Source of the DNA: Dehalococcoidia bacterium
Lineage (GTDB): Bacteria; Chloroflexota; Dehalococcoidia; GIF9; UBA5629
Length of the DNA stretch: 64,000 nt
Reading direction: 5' to 3'
NCBI GenBank assembly: GCA_050011565.1
Contig: JBEKIW010000003.1
Span: forward strand, 96,001-160,000
The notes beneath the pieces were generated by a model, which saw nothing but the letters and a program-made list of their open reading frames with translations, was not told the origin of the DNA and made no database searches. The number at the start of each line of letters is the position of its first letter. Position 1 is the first letter of the stretch. Positions 19,853 through 30,565 of this stretch are shown here, piece by piece. Made by a program: the position numbers and the translations under genes.

Positions 19853-20269
19853 ATGGAACGAAGCCTGGTGCTAATTAAACCCGATGCCATGCAACGAGGG
19901 CTGGCCGGAGTCATCATCTCCCGCCTGGAGAGGCGAGGTCTTAAGATGGTGGCTATGAAAATGGTGCAAATGGATAAGGCTTTAGCCCAGCGGCATTACG
20001 CAGTCCATAAAGATAAAGCCTTCTTCAACGACCTGGTGGAATTCATCATTTCCAGCCCCATTATCGCCGCCATTTTTGAGGGGGAGAAAGCCATAGAAGC
20101 GATTCGACAGACTATGGGTGCTACCGACCCGGTAAAGGCTTCCCCCGGCAGCATACGCGGTGACTTCGGGTTGGATATTCAGCAGAATCTGGTACACGGC
20201 TCTGACTCAGCAGAAAATGCCGAAAGGGAGATAAGCCTTTTCTTTAAGCCACAGGAACTTTTAAGTTAA
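19853..20269 (+). CDS. ndk: Nucleoside diphosphate kinase
   Basis: IKPDA, PGSIRGDF, NLVHGSDS. Confidence 0.97.
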   Translation: MERSLVLIKPDAMQRGLAGVIISRLERRGLKMVAMKMVQMDKALAQRHYAVHKDKAFFNDLVEFIISSPIIAAIFEGEKAIEAIRQTMGATDPVKASPGSIRGDFGLDIQQNLVHGSDSAENAEREISLFFKPQELLS

Positions 20270-20391
20270 CCAATCACCAAATCCTAATGACTAATAATCA
20301 AAAATATTAATGGACTAATAGTTTTGAATTTGGTTTTTCGAATTTTGGTATTGTTTCGGATTTGGAGCTTAGGATTTAAGATTTGAAGTTA
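20270..20391. repeat. 7-nt-periodic imperfect palindrome (empty copy B)
   Basis: AATCACC AAATCCT AATGACT AATAATC ... GGTATTGTTTCGGATTT GGAGCTT AGGATTT AAGATTT, between convergent ndk and rsfS. Confidence 0.75.
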
Positions 20392-20408
20392 CTGGGGTGG
20401 GTATTGGT

Positions 20409-20768
20409 TTATTGTATCCTGATTACCGCTGTGGCTTCATGCCATAGATCGTCCAGCCGATAATAGTCGCGCTGTAATGGTGAGAAAATGTGGACTATAA
20501 CGTCTCCCAGGTCGAGCAGAATCCAGCCTGAATCGGCAGCCCCTTCAATATGGAAAGGAATGATATCGTCACGCTTCAGTTTTTCTCGAATCTCTTGCCG
20601 GATAGCCTCAATCTGGCGGGGGCTGTCTCCGCTACAAATAACAAAATAGTCAGCAAAGGAGCAAACTTGCTTGGTATCCAGCATGACTATATTGTCAGCC
20701 TGTTTATCCGAAGCCGCCTCCACCGCCAGCCGCGCCATGTCTATTGATTTCAGAACTCGATTTTCCAA
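20409..20768 (-). CDS. rsfS: Ribosome silencing factor
   Basis: DKQADNI, ADYFVICSG, WILLDLGDVIVHIF, YYRLDDLW. Confidence 0.95.
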   Translation of the reverse strand: MENRVLKSIDMARLAVEAASDKQADNIVMLDTKQVCSFADYFVICSGDSPRQIEAIRQEIREKLKRDDIIPFHIEGAADSGWILLDLGDVIVHIFSPLQRDYYRLDDLWHEATAVIRIQ

Positions 20769-20921
20769 ATCAGCTTAATAGAACCAGATATAATTATAGC
20801 ACATCTGCGTGCGCTCGCTTAATATGACGTCCTAAAACCGTGTAGCTACATACCTCGTAGTGGAAGCCAGGCGTTCTCGAAGCTCTTTTTCTATATTCAC
20901 TGGCTTTTGCTATAATAAGAT

Positions 20922-22778
20922 GTGGCTCAAAATATGAAACCGAAGTGGTGGCAAGGTAGTTTATTCTACATTCTTATTCTGGTGGCTATACTAGCTCTGG
21001 CCTTCAGCTTCCTGCCGACGACCAAAAAGCCCAAGGAAGTGGACTTTTACACATTCATCGCCCAGGTCAAGCAAGGCGTAGCCGACACTATACAACAGGA
21101 CGGAACTACCATCATCGGCTTGAAAGACGATGAGAAAAAAATCCAGTCGTCCTTTGTCGGCAGTACCAAAGAGCTTATGGATAGTCTGACAGCTGCCGGA
21201 ATACCGCTAGGAGAAAACGGAGTGAAATTTGACGTCAAATCCGGTGGCTTCGACTGGGGAGGCGTGTTAATCAGCTTTGTACCTTTGCTTCTATTCGGTG
21301 CGCTGCTTTTTTTCCTCTTCCGTTCCGCCAGAGGTGCCAATACCCAGGCTTTCAATTTTGCCAAGAGTCGGGCTCGTCTGGCATCTAACAACAAGTCTAC
21401 TATCACCTTTGCCGATGTGGCTGGAGTCGATGAGGCTAAGGGGGAACTCCAGGAAATAGTCGAGTTTCTTAAATCACCCCAAAAATTCCTGGCTTTGGGC
21501 GCCCGCATCCCACGAGGTGTTCTATTAGTTGGGCCACCCGGGTGTGGAAAGACTCTAATAGCCAAAGCTGTTGCCGGCGAGGCCGGAGTTCCCTTTTTCT
21601 CTATCAGCGGCAGCGAGTTCGTGGAGATGTTCGTCGGTGTGGGCGCTTCCCGTGTCAGAGACCTCTTTGACCAGGCCAAACACAATGCACCATGCATCGT
21701 CTTTGTCGATGAAATCGATGCCGTGGGCAGGCACCGCGGCGCCGGTCTTGGCGGAGGCCATGACGAACGAGAGCAAACCCTCAACCAGATACTGGTTGAA
21801 ATGGACGGCTTCGACAGCAGCACCAACGTTATCGTCATCTCGGCTACCAACCGGCCCGATATACTTGACCCGGCTCTGCTGCGCCCAGGCCGCTTTGACC
21901 GCCATGTTGTAATCGACCAGCCGGATATAAATGGTCGCAAAGCCATTCTTGAGGTCCATTCTAAGGGCAAGCCTCTAGCTAAAGACGCGGACCTGGAGGT
22001 GCTAGCCAAACAGACTCCCGGCTTCAGCGGCGCTGATTTAGCCAACCTGCTCAATGAGGGAGCCATTCTGGCAGCTAGACGTGACCGCAAAGATGTCGGC
22101 ATGAAAGAGCTGGAGGACTCAATCGACCGCGTTATCGCCGGTCCGGAAAAGAAGGGCCGGATTATTAGCCAGAAGGAAAAAGAAATAATAGCTTACCATG
22201 AAACAGGCCATGCCCTGGTTGCCAAAATGCTGCCCAATGCCGACCCGGTACACAAGATATCTGTCGTGGCTCGAGGTATGATTGGCGGCTGGACTCGCTT
22301 TCTGCCCACCGAAGACCGCCATTTGTGGACACATTCTCAGTTCGAAGATAGGCTGACCGTGAGTATGGCGGGACGGGCGGCTGAAGAGATTATATTCGGC
22401 GAAGTAACCACCGGCGCCCAGAATGATTTGGAACAATCGACAAACCTCGCCCGAAAGATGGTTACCGAATACGGAATGAGCGACAAGCTTGGGCCTCGCA
22501 CCTTCGGCAAGCGTGAGGAACTCATTTTCCTCGGCCGTGAGATACATGAGCAGCGCAATTACGGTGACAAGGTGGCCGATGAAATTGATGAAGAGGTTAA
22601 TGCACTTATTCAGAATGCTCACAATACTGCCAAGAAAATTCTGAATGGAAACAAAGAACGGCTGAAGCTGGTCGCCGAACGCCTGATGGTCGAGGAGACC
22701 ATAGAAGAAGCCGAGTTCGAGTCGCTGATCAAAGAACCACTGCCTTCACCCGAATTGCAGCCTACACCAGCCTCGTAA
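20922..22778 (+). CDS. ftsH: ATP-dependent zinc metalloprotease FtsH
   Basis: Two TM helices, [31 protein letters not shown]. Confidence 0.97.
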   Translation: MAQNMKPKWWQGSLFYILILVAILALAFSFLPTTKKPKEVDFYTFIAQVKQGVADTIQQDGTTIIGLKDDEKKIQSSFVGSTKELMDSLTAAGIPLGENGVKFDVKSGGFDWGGVLISFVPLLLFGALLFFLFRSARGANTQAFNFAKSRARLASNNKSTITFADVAGVDEAKGELQEIVEFLKSPQKFLALGARIPRGVLLVGPPGCGKTLIAKAVAGEAGVPFFSISGSEFVEMFVGVGASRVRDLFDQAKHNAPCIVFVDEIDAVGRHRGAGLGGGHDEREQTLNQILVEMDGFDSSTNVIVISATNRPDILDPALLRPGRFDRHVVIDQPDINGRKAILEVHSKGKPLAKDADLEVLAKQTPGFSGADLANLLNEGAILAARRDRKDVGMKELEDSIDRVIAGPEKKGRIISQKEKEIIAYHETGHALVAKMLPNADPVHKISVVARGMIGGWTRFLPTEDRHLWTHSQFEDRLTVSMAGRAAEEIIFGEVTTGAQNDLEQSTNLARKMVTEYGMSDKLGPRTFGKREELIFLGREIHEQRNYGDKVADEIDEEVNALIQNAHNTAKKILNGNKERLKLVAERLMVEETIEEAEFESLIKEPLPSPELQPTPAS

Positions 22779-22781
22779 GAG

Positions 22782-22931
22782 GCAAATCCTAATTATCAAA
22801 ATCCAAAGGTCAAAACACATGTTTGGTTTTTAATGATTTGAATTTAGATATTGTTTGGGATTTGATGCATGGGATTTAGTGCCTGACCGCGATGGGCTTT
22901 AAAATTTAACTTTTTGTCTTTAATTTTTAAT
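22782..22931. repeat. 7-nt-periodic imperfect palindrome (copy C) plus an extra arm
   Basis: AAATCCT AATTATC AAAATCC AAAGGTC ... GATATTGTTTGGGATTT GATGCAT GGGATTT; a second arm at 22897-22931 follows the opposite gene's stop codon. Confidence 0.7.
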
Positions 22932-23894
22932 CTATTTCCGTCTTTCTACAATATAAGCTGCCAAATCAATCAGCGACTTTCGGGCGCTGTTATCAGGCAG
23001 CTTTTCCGCCGCTCTGCGAGCTTTGGAGCAAAATTCAGATGCCAGGGTCAGGCAATCGGCAATAACCCGAGAATCACGAATTTTTGCCACAGCCTGTGAT
23101 ACATCTTCCGCATCTTTCTTTCCAAAAAAGTTTTTTATCAACTTATCTTCCGGATAGGACTCGGCAAAAAGTATAGTTGGCAAAGTCAGCGTGCCTTCAC
23201 GTAAATCAGAGCCTACCGGCTTACCCAGCTCATCTTCTTCACCGACGAAGTCCAGAACATCATCCACAATCTGGAAGGCCATACCGAGATTGCGTCCGTA
23301 GTCCCCTATGGCCTCAATAGCCTCTTCCGGCGCCTGACTTAAAATAGCACCCGACTCGGTTGATGTCGAAAAAAGGCAGGCTGTCTTGGCGCCTATCCAG
23401 GCAAAGTAATAATCACGAAGTTTTGCCGTATCGGAAGTAACACCGGTCTGCTTCAATTCGCCGGCGGAAATAGTCATCAGCGTTTGAGAAAAAAGCTTTA
23501 CGGCCCTCAAGTTTCCGGTGCCGGCCACCAGGCTGCCAGCTTTGGCAAACAGGTAATCGCCAAGCAGCAGGGCACTGTTTTCACCCCAGGCGCGGCTGAC
23601 CGTCGGTTTGCCGCGGCGCACGGGAGAATTATCCACGATGTCGTCATGGACCAGTGTGGCCGTATGGAGAAGCTCTATCGCCGCCCCCATCGGTACCAGC
23701 AGATGAGGTTCATAATTATAAAACTTGCCTGAAAGCAGGGTAAGTGCCGGCCGGACCCGTTTCCCGCCGGTCTTCAAGGTGTATGCCAGCAAATGCGCCA
23801 GCAAAGAAAATTCAACATCTGTTATCTCTTCCAGGCTTTGCTCGACCTTTTTCAGGTCTTTTTGGACGGGTTTGTAAATATCACTTAGATTCAT
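22932..23894 (-). CDS. Polyprenyl diphosphate synthase
   Basis: GGKRVRP, HDDIVD..RRG, FQIVDDVLD; start set at MNLSDIY. Confidence 0.93.
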   Translation of the reverse strand: MNLSDIYKPVQKDLKKVEQSLEEITDVEFSLLAHLLAYTLKTGGKRVRPALTLLSGKFYNYEPHLLVPMGAAIELLHTATLVHDDIVDNSPVRRGKPTVSRAWGENSALLLGDYLFAKAGSLVAGTGNLRAVKLFSQTLMTISAGELKQTGVTSDTAKLRDYYFAWIGAKTACLFSTSTESGAILSQAPEEAIEAIGDYGRNLGMAFQIVDDVLDFVGEEDELGKPVGSDLREGTLTLPTILFAESYPEDKLIKNFFGKKDAEDVSQAVAKIRDSRVIADCLTLASEFCSKARRAAEKLPDNSARKSLIDLAAYIVERRK

Positions 23895-23895
23895 T

Positions 23896-25563
23896 TTAGC
23901 TGCCGGACCCCAACCGGCTGGTTTCCTCATCGACAATGCTGTCATCCAGTTTGCGGAACAGCGGCTCCGGCGACAGCAGCTTCTGCCCCGCCATCACCGA
24001 CTGGACCTGCCAGCCGTTTGTCTCAATGCTGCCGTCGAATCCTAAAAACTTATGAAGCTTCTCCGAGCTGAAAGGCAGATACGGGTAAAGAATTGTTTTC
24101 AAAGCCGCTAGCACCGATATGGCTACGTAAGTAGCTGTAGCCGAGGCCTGCTTATCCTTCTTAATCGCCTTCCATGGAGCTTTATCGTCCAGGTACCGGT
24201 TAGCCTCCTGACACAATGCCATAGCCGCCTTAATTCCCTCTTTGAAGTGGCAGCCATTAATTAGTCTATCAACGTCGCCAAGCGTTTCCTGAGCTTTAGC
24301 TAGAAGCCCTTGTCCCTGGCTGTCAATCTCCCCGGGCAACGGCACCGCCCCATCGAAATTGCGGTAGGCAAACGTCAGCACTCGATGGGCCAAATTGCCG
24401 TAGGTCGCTACCAACTCATCGTTATTGCGGCGGAGAAATTCGCGCCATGAGAAATCCGTGTCACCGGTTTCCGGCATGTTAGCCGACAGCAGATAACGTA
24501 ACGGGTCGGGGTCGTAACGTTCCAGATAATCGGGCAGCCAGACCGCCCAGTTGCGACTGGTAGACAGCCGCTTGCCTTCGATCGTCAGAAACTCGTTAGC
24601 CGGCACATCATAGGGCAGGTTAAGCCCGCCATAGCCCATCAGCATCGTTGGCCAGATAAGCGTATGGAACGGTATGTTATCCTTGCCGATGAAGTAATAA
24701 CTTTTGGCATCGCCGCTCCAGAATTGATGCCAAGCGTCTACGTCACCGTGCGATTTCGCCCACTCCTTGCTGGCTGAAAAATAACCGATGACGGCTTCAA
24801 ACCAGACATAGATACGCTTATTCTCGAATCCCGGCTGAGGTACGGTTACGCCCCAGGATATATCGCGGGTAATCGCCCGATCTTTGAGGCCGCCTTCCAG
24901 AAAGCCGATGGTGAAATTAAGTACGTTTTGACGCCAGTAAGTCTTGTCCCCTAACCATGATTTCAGCCTGTCCTCGAAAGCGCTGAGGCGGAGAAAGAAA
25001 TGCTCCGAGACCTCGAAGCGCGGCTCGGCACCACAAATCCGGCAGCGCAAATCAAGCAGGTCGCTGGGGTTCATGGTCCTGCCGCACTCATCGCACTGGT
25101 CGCCCCTTGCCTGTGGGAACTGACAGTAAGGACAGGTGCCTTCAACATAGCGGTCGGGCAGGAAGCGCTGGCACTGCGGGCAATAGGCTTGAGGCACGGC
25201 GTTCTTATATATGAAGCCTTCATCCAGCAGCTTGAGGAAAATATCATGAGTGGTCTGGGCGTGGTTCTCAGTGCCGGTGGTGGTAAACAGGTCCCAGGAT
25301 ATGCCCAATTTCTGCCAGCAATCAAGAAAGTCCTGGTGATACCTGGACACTATCTCCTGCGGCGACTTATTTTCCTGCTCGGCGCGCAGTGTTATGGGCG
25401 TACCGTGCTGGTCGCTGCCGGAAACCATCAACACCTTATTGCCCTTGAGACGGTGATACCGGGCGAAGATATCCGCCGGCAGATAGGCGCCGGCGATATG
25501 CCCTAGGTGCAGCGGACCATTGGCATAAGGCCAGGCAACACCGATAAAGATAGTCTCAGCCAA
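23896..25563 (-). CDS. metG: Methionyl-tRNA synthetase
   Basis: WPYANGPLHLGH, Zn knuckles, FIGKDNIPFH, KRLSTS. Confidence 0.97.
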   Translation of the reverse strand: MAETIFIGVAWPYANGPLHLGHIAGAYLPADIFARYHRLKGNKVLMVSGSDQHGTPITLRAEQENKSPQEIVSRYHQDFLDCWQKLGISWDLFTTTGTENHAQTTHDIFLKLLDEGFIYKNAVPQAYCPQCQRFLPDRYVEGTCPYCQFPQARGDQCDECGRTMNPSDLLDLRCRICGAEPRFEVSEHFFLRLSAFEDRLKSWLGDKTYWRQNVLNFTIGFLEGGLKDRAITRDISWGVTVPQPGFENKRIYVWFEAVIGYFSASKEWAKSHGDVDAWHQFWSGDAKSYYFIGKDNIPFHTLIWPTMLMGYGGLNLPYDVPANEFLTIEGKRLSTSRNWAVWLPDYLERYDPDPLRYLLSANMPETGDTDFSWREFLRRNNDELVATYGNLAHRVLTFAYRNFDGAVPLPGEIDSQGQGLLAKAQETLGDVDRLINGCHFKEGIKAAMALCQEANRYLDDKAPWKAIKKDKQASATATYVAISVLAALKTILYPYLPFSSEKLHKFLGFDGSIETNGWQVQSVMAGQKLLSPEPLFRKLDDSIVDEETSRLGSGS

Positions 25564-25591
25564 TTTTGTAACTCTTCGCTATTATTACTTC

Positions 25592-25797
25592 CATGTCATT
25601 GCAGGTCCTTCGCTATATATCATTCTGAGTCTGCAGCCCGCTTCTTCTAAGACTTATCTCGCGCTCATTCTGAGCTTGTCGAAGAATCTGCGCTGGGTAC
25701 CCTGGAGCATTCGCTCCAGGGTCTGGTTACATTTCCCAATCCATGCACTATTTCTCTGTCATTGCGAGTCCTTCCACTGAAGGACGTGGCAATCTCT
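25592..25797. repeat. Cluster of short REP-like palindromes (TCATT(G/C)..AG...AATCT type)
   Basis: TGTCATTGCGAGTCCTTC-CACT-GAAGGACGTGGCAATCT, TCATTCTGAGCTTGTCGAAGAATCT, two further TCATT starts, and hairpin ACCCTGGAGC-ATTC-GCTCCAGGGT. Confidence 0.6.
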
Positions 25798-25837
25798 ACT
25801 CTCTGAGGGCACATTTTAAACATTTAGCCCCGGGATG

Positions 25838-26074
25838 TCAGGCTCGGATATCTGCCCCTGAATCGATATTTATCGGAAAGAAGGTCAGCACCTCTTCACC
25901 TTTTTCCTTCACATAAGCGGCGTAGCCTTTGGCCACAGAGCACTCGACGCAGAATTGCGACTTCTCGCCCTCTTTCTTTTCCACAACCAGATACCTCTGT
26001 CCCGCCTCGATAAGTCGCTGACAATTATCACATTTGATTTCGCCTACGGCAACGCATCCACGATTCATTGTCAA
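25838..26074 (-). CDS. Small putative zinc-binding protein
   Basis: CDNC...FCVEC; 4-nt overlap with the rsmI stop codon, GGAG RBS. Confidence 0.7.
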   Translation of the reverse strand: MTMNRGCVAVGEIKCDNCQRLIEAGQRYLVVEKKEGEKSQFCVECSVAKGYAAYVKEKGEEVLTFFPINIDSGADIRA

Positions 26075-26892
26075 TCTCCTTTAGTGGCCTTTAACCACGC
26101 TTGATAAAGTTTCTTCTTCGATATACCGCTCGATTCGGACAGTCGGGCTACTGCTTCCTTAGCGCCGGCCCCCTGCCGATAAAGTTTACGCAGTTCGGTT
26201 TCAATTCGCCGGCTAATCTCAGGTTCCTGCTCAGCCTTGCCCTGGATGACCAGCGTGAACTCGCCCCTGGGCTGAGTGAAATGCTCTATTGCCTGGCTCA
26301 CTCTGCCCCTGAAAACTTCCTCATAAACCTTGGTAAGCTCGCGGCAGACCGCAGCCCTTCTATCCCCGAAAATTTCCAGAGCATCGTTCAACGTCTCGAT
26401 AAGCCGGTGCGGCGCTTCGAAAGCTACCATAGTCCGTGGTTCATCAGCCTCGGACTTGAACAAGCGTCGCCTGGCTCCCTGCCGGCGGGGCAAAAAGCCG
26501 AGATAAAGGAACTGATCAGCCGGCAGCCCCGATACAACCAGAGCCGTAATCACCGCCGAGGCGCCGGGGACGGGGACAACGGGAATGTCGCGCTCGATGG
26601 CAGCAGCGATAAGCTCATAGCCCGGGTCGCTCAATCCCGGCATACCCGCTTCGGAGACCAGAGCTACATCTTTTTCCTTAAGGCAGTCCAGCAGATAGTC
26701 GAGCTTAGCTCGCTTGTTGTGCTCGTGGTAGCTGGTCAGCGGTGTCTTTATGTCGTAAAAATTAAGCAGTCGGCGTGCAGTACGCGTATCTTCGGCAGCG
26801 ATCAACTTCACCTGTTTCAACAAACGCAAAGCCCGCAGAGAGATATCTTCCAAATTGCCAATCGGTGTAGCTACGACGTAAAGTGACGGCAC
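26071..26892 (-). CDS. rsmI: 16S rRNA C1402 2'-O-methyltransferase
   Basis: LYVVATPIGNLEDI, AAEDTR, SDPG, RELTK. Confidence 0.95.
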   Translation of the reverse strand: MPSLYVVATPIGNLEDISLRALRLLKQVKLIAAEDTRTARRLLNFYDIKTPLTSYHEHNKRAKLDYLLDCLKEKDVALVSEAGMPGLSDPGYELIAAAIERDIPVVPVPGASAVITALVVSGLPADQFLYLGFLPRRQGARRRLFKSEADEPRTMVAFEAPHRLIETLNDALEIFGDRRAAVCRELTKVYEEVFRGRVSQAIEHFTQPRGEFTLVIQGKAEQEPEISRRIETELRKLYRQGAGAKEAVARLSESSGISKKKLYQAWLKATKGD

Positions 26893-27019
26893 AACTTAAT
26901 CGCCCTAATTATAGCCCACATGCGTTAGCTGGTCTAGCCCGTCACTAGAGAAACTTTTCCTTGACTTGAAGTCCTCATCTTTGCTATAGTCTGCAAAATA
27001 ACCTGCGGACTACTAAAAC

Positions 27020-28165
27020 ATGGCGGCACCAAAAATCAAAAACATGGAACGCGCTTACGGCTTCGAAGAAGTCGCCATTGTCCCAGGTGACGTAACCATC
27101 AACCCCGACCAGACAAACACAGATTTCAAAATCGGAGACTTCACTTTCTCCATCCCTATCCTGGCTGCTGCCATGGACGCTGCAGTCGATGCAAACTTCG
27201 CCATTCTGCTGCATAAGCTCGGCGGGCTCGCCGTTCTCAACCTCGACGGTGTACAGGCGAGATATAAAAATCCTGAAGAGATTCTGGCTCAAATCGTTCA
27301 AGCCCCTGATAAAGAAGTTACTGCACTGCTGCAGAAAGTCTACTCAGAACCCGTCAAAGACGAGCTTATCGGTGAGCGCGTCCAGACCATAAAGCGTGCC
27401 GGAGCTACCTGCGCCGTCTCTCTGATTCCAGCCAATACCAAGCGGCTGGCACAGGTGGCTAAAGAAGCCGGCGCCGATATAATCTTCGTTCAGTCCACGG
27501 TTACTACTGCCCGCCATGTCTCCAAAAGCTACCGCGGTCTCATATTCTCCGATCTATGTCAGACCCTGGGGCTGCCCATCGTAGTCGGCAACTGCGTTAC
27601 TTACAGCGCCGCCCTAGAACTAATGAGAACGGGCATCGCCGGCTTACTGGTCGGCGTCGGCCCCGGTGCCGCCTGTACCACCAGAGAGGTCCTCGGCGTC
27701 GGCGTACCTCAAGTAACCGCCACTATGAACTGCGCCGCTGCCCGCGCCGCTTACTTTAACGAAACAGGCAAATACGTAACGGTGATTACCGATGGCGGCA
27801 TGCGCACCGGCAGCGACCTGTGCAAGGCATTTGCTTCGGGGGCGGACGCAGTAATGCTTGGGTCGATAATGGCTCAGGCTGAAGAAGCTCCGGGGAAGGG
27901 CTATCACTGGGGCATGTCTCACCCACACCCATCATTACCCAGAGGTACCAGAATTAAGGCGGGCATTCGAGCACCGCTACAACGCCTCCTTTTCGGTCCC
28001 ACCTCAGCTACCGACGGCACGGAAAACTTCGTCGGTGCGCTGCACACAGCCATGGGCGTATGCGGTGCCCGCAACATAAAGGACATGCACAAAGCCAAAA
28101 TGGTGATCGCTCCATCGATCAAGACCGAGGGCAAGTATTTCCAGGCGATGCAGCGGATATGCTAG
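27020..28165 (+). CDS. guaB3: GuaB3-family IMP dehydrogenase-related protein
   Basis: AYGFEEVAIVPG, GVGPGAACTTR, DGG, HWGM. Confidence 0.9.
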   Translation: MAAPKIKNMERAYGFEEVAIVPGDVTINPDQTNTDFKIGDFTFSIPILAAAMDAAVDANFAILLHKLGGLAVLNLDGVQARYKNPEEILAQIVQAPDKEVTALLQKVYSEPVKDELIGERVQTIKRAGATCAVSLIPANTKRLAQVAKEAGADIIFVQSTVTTARHVSKSYRGLIFSDLCQTLGLPIVVGNCVTYSAALELMRTGIAGLLVGVGPGAACTTREVLGVGVPQVTATMNCAAARAAYFNETGKYVTVITDGGMRTGSDLCKAFASGADAVMLGSIMAQAEEAPGKGYHWGMSHPHPSLPRGTRIKAGIRAPLQRLLFGPTSATDGTENFVGALHTAMGVCGARNIKDMHKAKMVIAPSIKTEGKYFQAMQRIC

Positions 28166-28172
28166 CGCCCCG

Positions 28173-28787
28173 CTAGATAAAGACCGAAACGCAGAACCAG
28201 ATACCGAAACCGACCAGAGCCGCAGCACAGATACCGAAGACGACACGTTGAACCGTTTGCGTCCACAGATGCTTGGTCCTGAAAACGCTGACTGAAACGA
28301 CCTGTTCCCAGACCAGATCACATGACCAGTGCACAACGGCGAAAATGAGCAAACCCCAGATGCCGAACTGAGCCGCGGTGACTATCAGGGCTATGCCGAT
28401 GGTCGCCCACCACAGAAAGAAATAGGGATTGGCGCCGGTCAACATAATTCCGGTTACCAGCGAGTTATACGGCAGGTCAGCAGTTTCCGCCATGTTTTTT
28501 CTAAAGCCTCTCAATACCATCAGACCCATAAAAACCAGCATCAAGCCGCCGGCCAGACCGACGATCTTTTTAACTTCGGGAGAGGTGAAGAAATGGGCAA
28601 AACCGAAATAGATGAGCGCCATCAAAGGCAGTTCAACAACGGCATGGCCGAGAGCAATGAAAATGCCAGCGTTTTGCTCTCGGTAACCTTTAGCTATGGT
28701 AGCTGCAGTAAGCGGTCCGGGCATCATAACGCCGGAAAGTGATATTCCAGCAGCAGAAAGCAGAAATAGACCGAAGCTGGCATCCAT
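28173..28787 (-). CDS. LysE-family translocator
   Basis: SGVMMPGPL, LGHAVVELP, NPYFFLWW. Confidence 0.85.
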   Translation of the reverse strand: MDASFGLFLLSAAGISLSGVMMPGPLTAATIAKGYREQNAGIFIALGHAVVELPLMALIYFGFAHFFTSPEVKKIVGLAGGLMLVFMGLMVLRGFRKNMAETADLPYNSLVTGIMLTGANPYFFLWWATIGIALIVTAAQFGIWGLLIFAVVHWSCDLVWEQVVSVSVFRTKHLWTQTVQRVVFGICAAALVGFGIWFCVSVFI

Positions 28788-28798
28788 AAGCGGGATGT

Positions 28799-29560
28799 CT
28801 AAATATCCTCTTCCTCTTCTTCCTCGGCCTCAGTCTCCAGCTCACCGCTCACCCGAGGCAAAATCGCCGCCCTGGTTTTACGTTTAACAGTACGGGATAG
28901 ACCAGCCGCCGATTTCTTCAGGTTGGCGAATACCTCCGCCGAGAGCGCTTCAGGCAGCACCAGCCCATTAACACCGGCTTTGAATAAGCCACTGAGTTCG
29001 TCGGCGGTGACAGTGGAACTCAGAGTTATTAACAGGGGCTTGTTCAGGAGTTCCGTGAGACGCTGATAAATAAGCAAACGTTCGATGGTAATAGCCGGCT
29101 CGTCACCGGTTACCAGCACGCCGTCAATTTCCAGCGGCAGCCCATTTATGGCCCTGACCAAGCCCGGCTCCAGCGAAGGCTCTAGCTTAAGCACCCTGCC
29201 CAGTCCCTCCTTATTCACTGCCTCGAGCGGAGTTTTCAGTCCAAAAACCACGAAATCGCAGCCCAGGTCGATAGACTTGGCAATCGCCTCTTTCTCGGTG
29301 CTTTCCAGTGAGAACCCAAGTGGAACATCACCTATAGCCTTGGTCAACTCTCCAAAGCTCTTGGCGCTGATACCTTTAGCGCTGATAATGCCAGCATCGA
29401 TGCCGGCAGCGACTAAGGCACTAGCCTCCGTTGTACCCGTTTTCGTCAGACTGGCAATGATTAATAGCGGAGCGCTTTCGGCTTCATCGGACTTACGGAA
29501 GCCCATAGCCGGCGCCGAGCCCCGATAGACACGCTGCAGCTTTTCAGCAAACTTGCTCAT
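28799..29560 (-). CDS. Hypothetical protein, possible TIM-barrel fold, acidic tail
   Basis: Long ORF with PAMGFR, GCDFVVF and AGVNGLV; start set at MSKFAEKL. Confidence 0.7.
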   Translation of the reverse strand: MSKFAEKLQRVYRGSAPAMGFRKSDEAESAPLLIIASLTKTGTTEASALVAAGIDAGIISAKGISAKSFGELTKAIGDVPLGFSLESTEKEAIAKSIDLGCDFVVFGLKTPLEAVNKEGLGRVLKLEPSLEPGLVRAINGLPLEIDGVLVTGDEPAITIERLLIYQRLTELLNKPLLITLSSTVTADELSGLFKAGVNGLVLPEALSAEVFANLKKSAAGLSRTVKRKTRAAILPRVSGELETEAEEEEEEDI

Positions 29561-29624
29561 GTTATTAATAATCGGATGTAATATTTTAAGCAAAACGTTC
29601 ATTAAAAGCAAAACAACAGCCCCA

Positions 29625-29682
29625 GTTTAGGAAATTGGAATTTGTTTGGGATTTGGGATTTGTAATTTGTGATTTGAAATTT
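29625..29682. repeat. 7-nt-periodic repeat, single arm (copy D)
   Basis: GGAAATT GGAATTTGTTTGGGATTT GGGATTT GTAATTT GTGATTT GAAATTT. Confidence 0.75.
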
Positions 29683-29737
29683 CCCCCAGGGAGTTGTTTG
29701 AATTATGGTCAATGTAATGTTAATATGACCCGATTAG

Positions 29738-30565
29738 ATGGCAGGCGAGAATAACATAAAGATGCGGATTGAAAAGCTCTGCCTTTCCTTCGGCGGAGTT
29801 AGAGCCCTTATAGATGTAAGTCTCGACGTAAAAGATAAGGCAATTCTAGCTGTTATCGGCCCAAATGGCGCCGGCAAGACCTGCATACTCAACTGCATAA
29901 ACGGCTTCTACAAGCCGCAAGAGGGTGAAATATACTACGAAGGCAAGAAAATCACCCGTCTCCGACCGGATAAGATAGCCAGAATGGGTATAGCCAGGAC
30001 TTTCCAGAACATCGAGCTGTATTCCGGCCTGACAGCCTTAGATAATCTCATGGCTGCCAGGCATGTGTTGATGAAGCAGAGCACAGCCGCGAGCGCTCTA
30101 TATTTCGGTCCCGCCCATAAGGAAGAAATCGAACATCGCCGAGCGGTCGAGGACATCATCGACTTCCTGGAGATAGAGCCGATTAGAAAAAAAGTGGTCG
30201 GCACACTGCCCTACGGAATGCGCAAACGTGTTGAGCTTGGCCGCGCTCTGGCTCTGGAACCGAAAATACTGCTGCTCGACGAACCGATGGCCGGCATGAA
30301 CCTGGAGGAGAAAGAGGACATCGCCCGGTTCATCATAGACATATTCGAGGGGCAGGGAGAAACTTATCCCGAAACACCAGTCCTCAGAGACGGAGTTAGC
30401 TGCATTATTCTGGTGGAGCATGACATGGGAGTGGTGATGGACATAGCCGATAGGATTGCCGTTCTTGATTTCGGGCGCAAGATTGCCGAGGGCACACCGG
30501 AAGAAATCAAAAACAACCCGCAGGTCATATCGGCGTACTTAGGCACAGAAAAAGTTAAAAGTTAA
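29738..30565 (+). CDS. Liv-type ABC transporter ATP-binding subunit (LivG-like)
   Basis: GPNGAGKT, ARTFQN, LPYG, LLDEP, VEHDM, AYLG. Confidence 0.92.
   Translation: MAGENNIKMRIEKLCLSFGGVRALIDVSLDVKDKAILAVIGPNGAGKTCILNCINGFYKPQEGEIYYEGKKITRLRPDKIARMGIARTFQNIELYSGLTALDNLMAARHVLMKQSTAASALYFGPAHKEEIEHRRAVEDIIDFLEIEPIRKKVVGTLPYGMRKRVELGRALALEPKILLLDEPMAGMNLEEKEDIARFIIDIFEGQGETYPETPVLRDGVSCIILVEHDMGVVMDIADRIAVLDFGRKIAEGTPEEIKNNPQVISAYLGTEKVKS

Noticed and set aside
21047-22102. 351-aa minus-strand ORF, and similar long antisense ORFs such as 26101-26886 and 46477-47307
   Set aside because: Shadow frames opposite well-supported genes (ftsH, rsmI, iorA).
25564-25837. T-box or SAM riboswitch upstream of metG
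   Set aside because: No GGTGGTACCGCG T-box motif or SAM-I core seen on the minus strand; the region is explained by short palindromic repeats.
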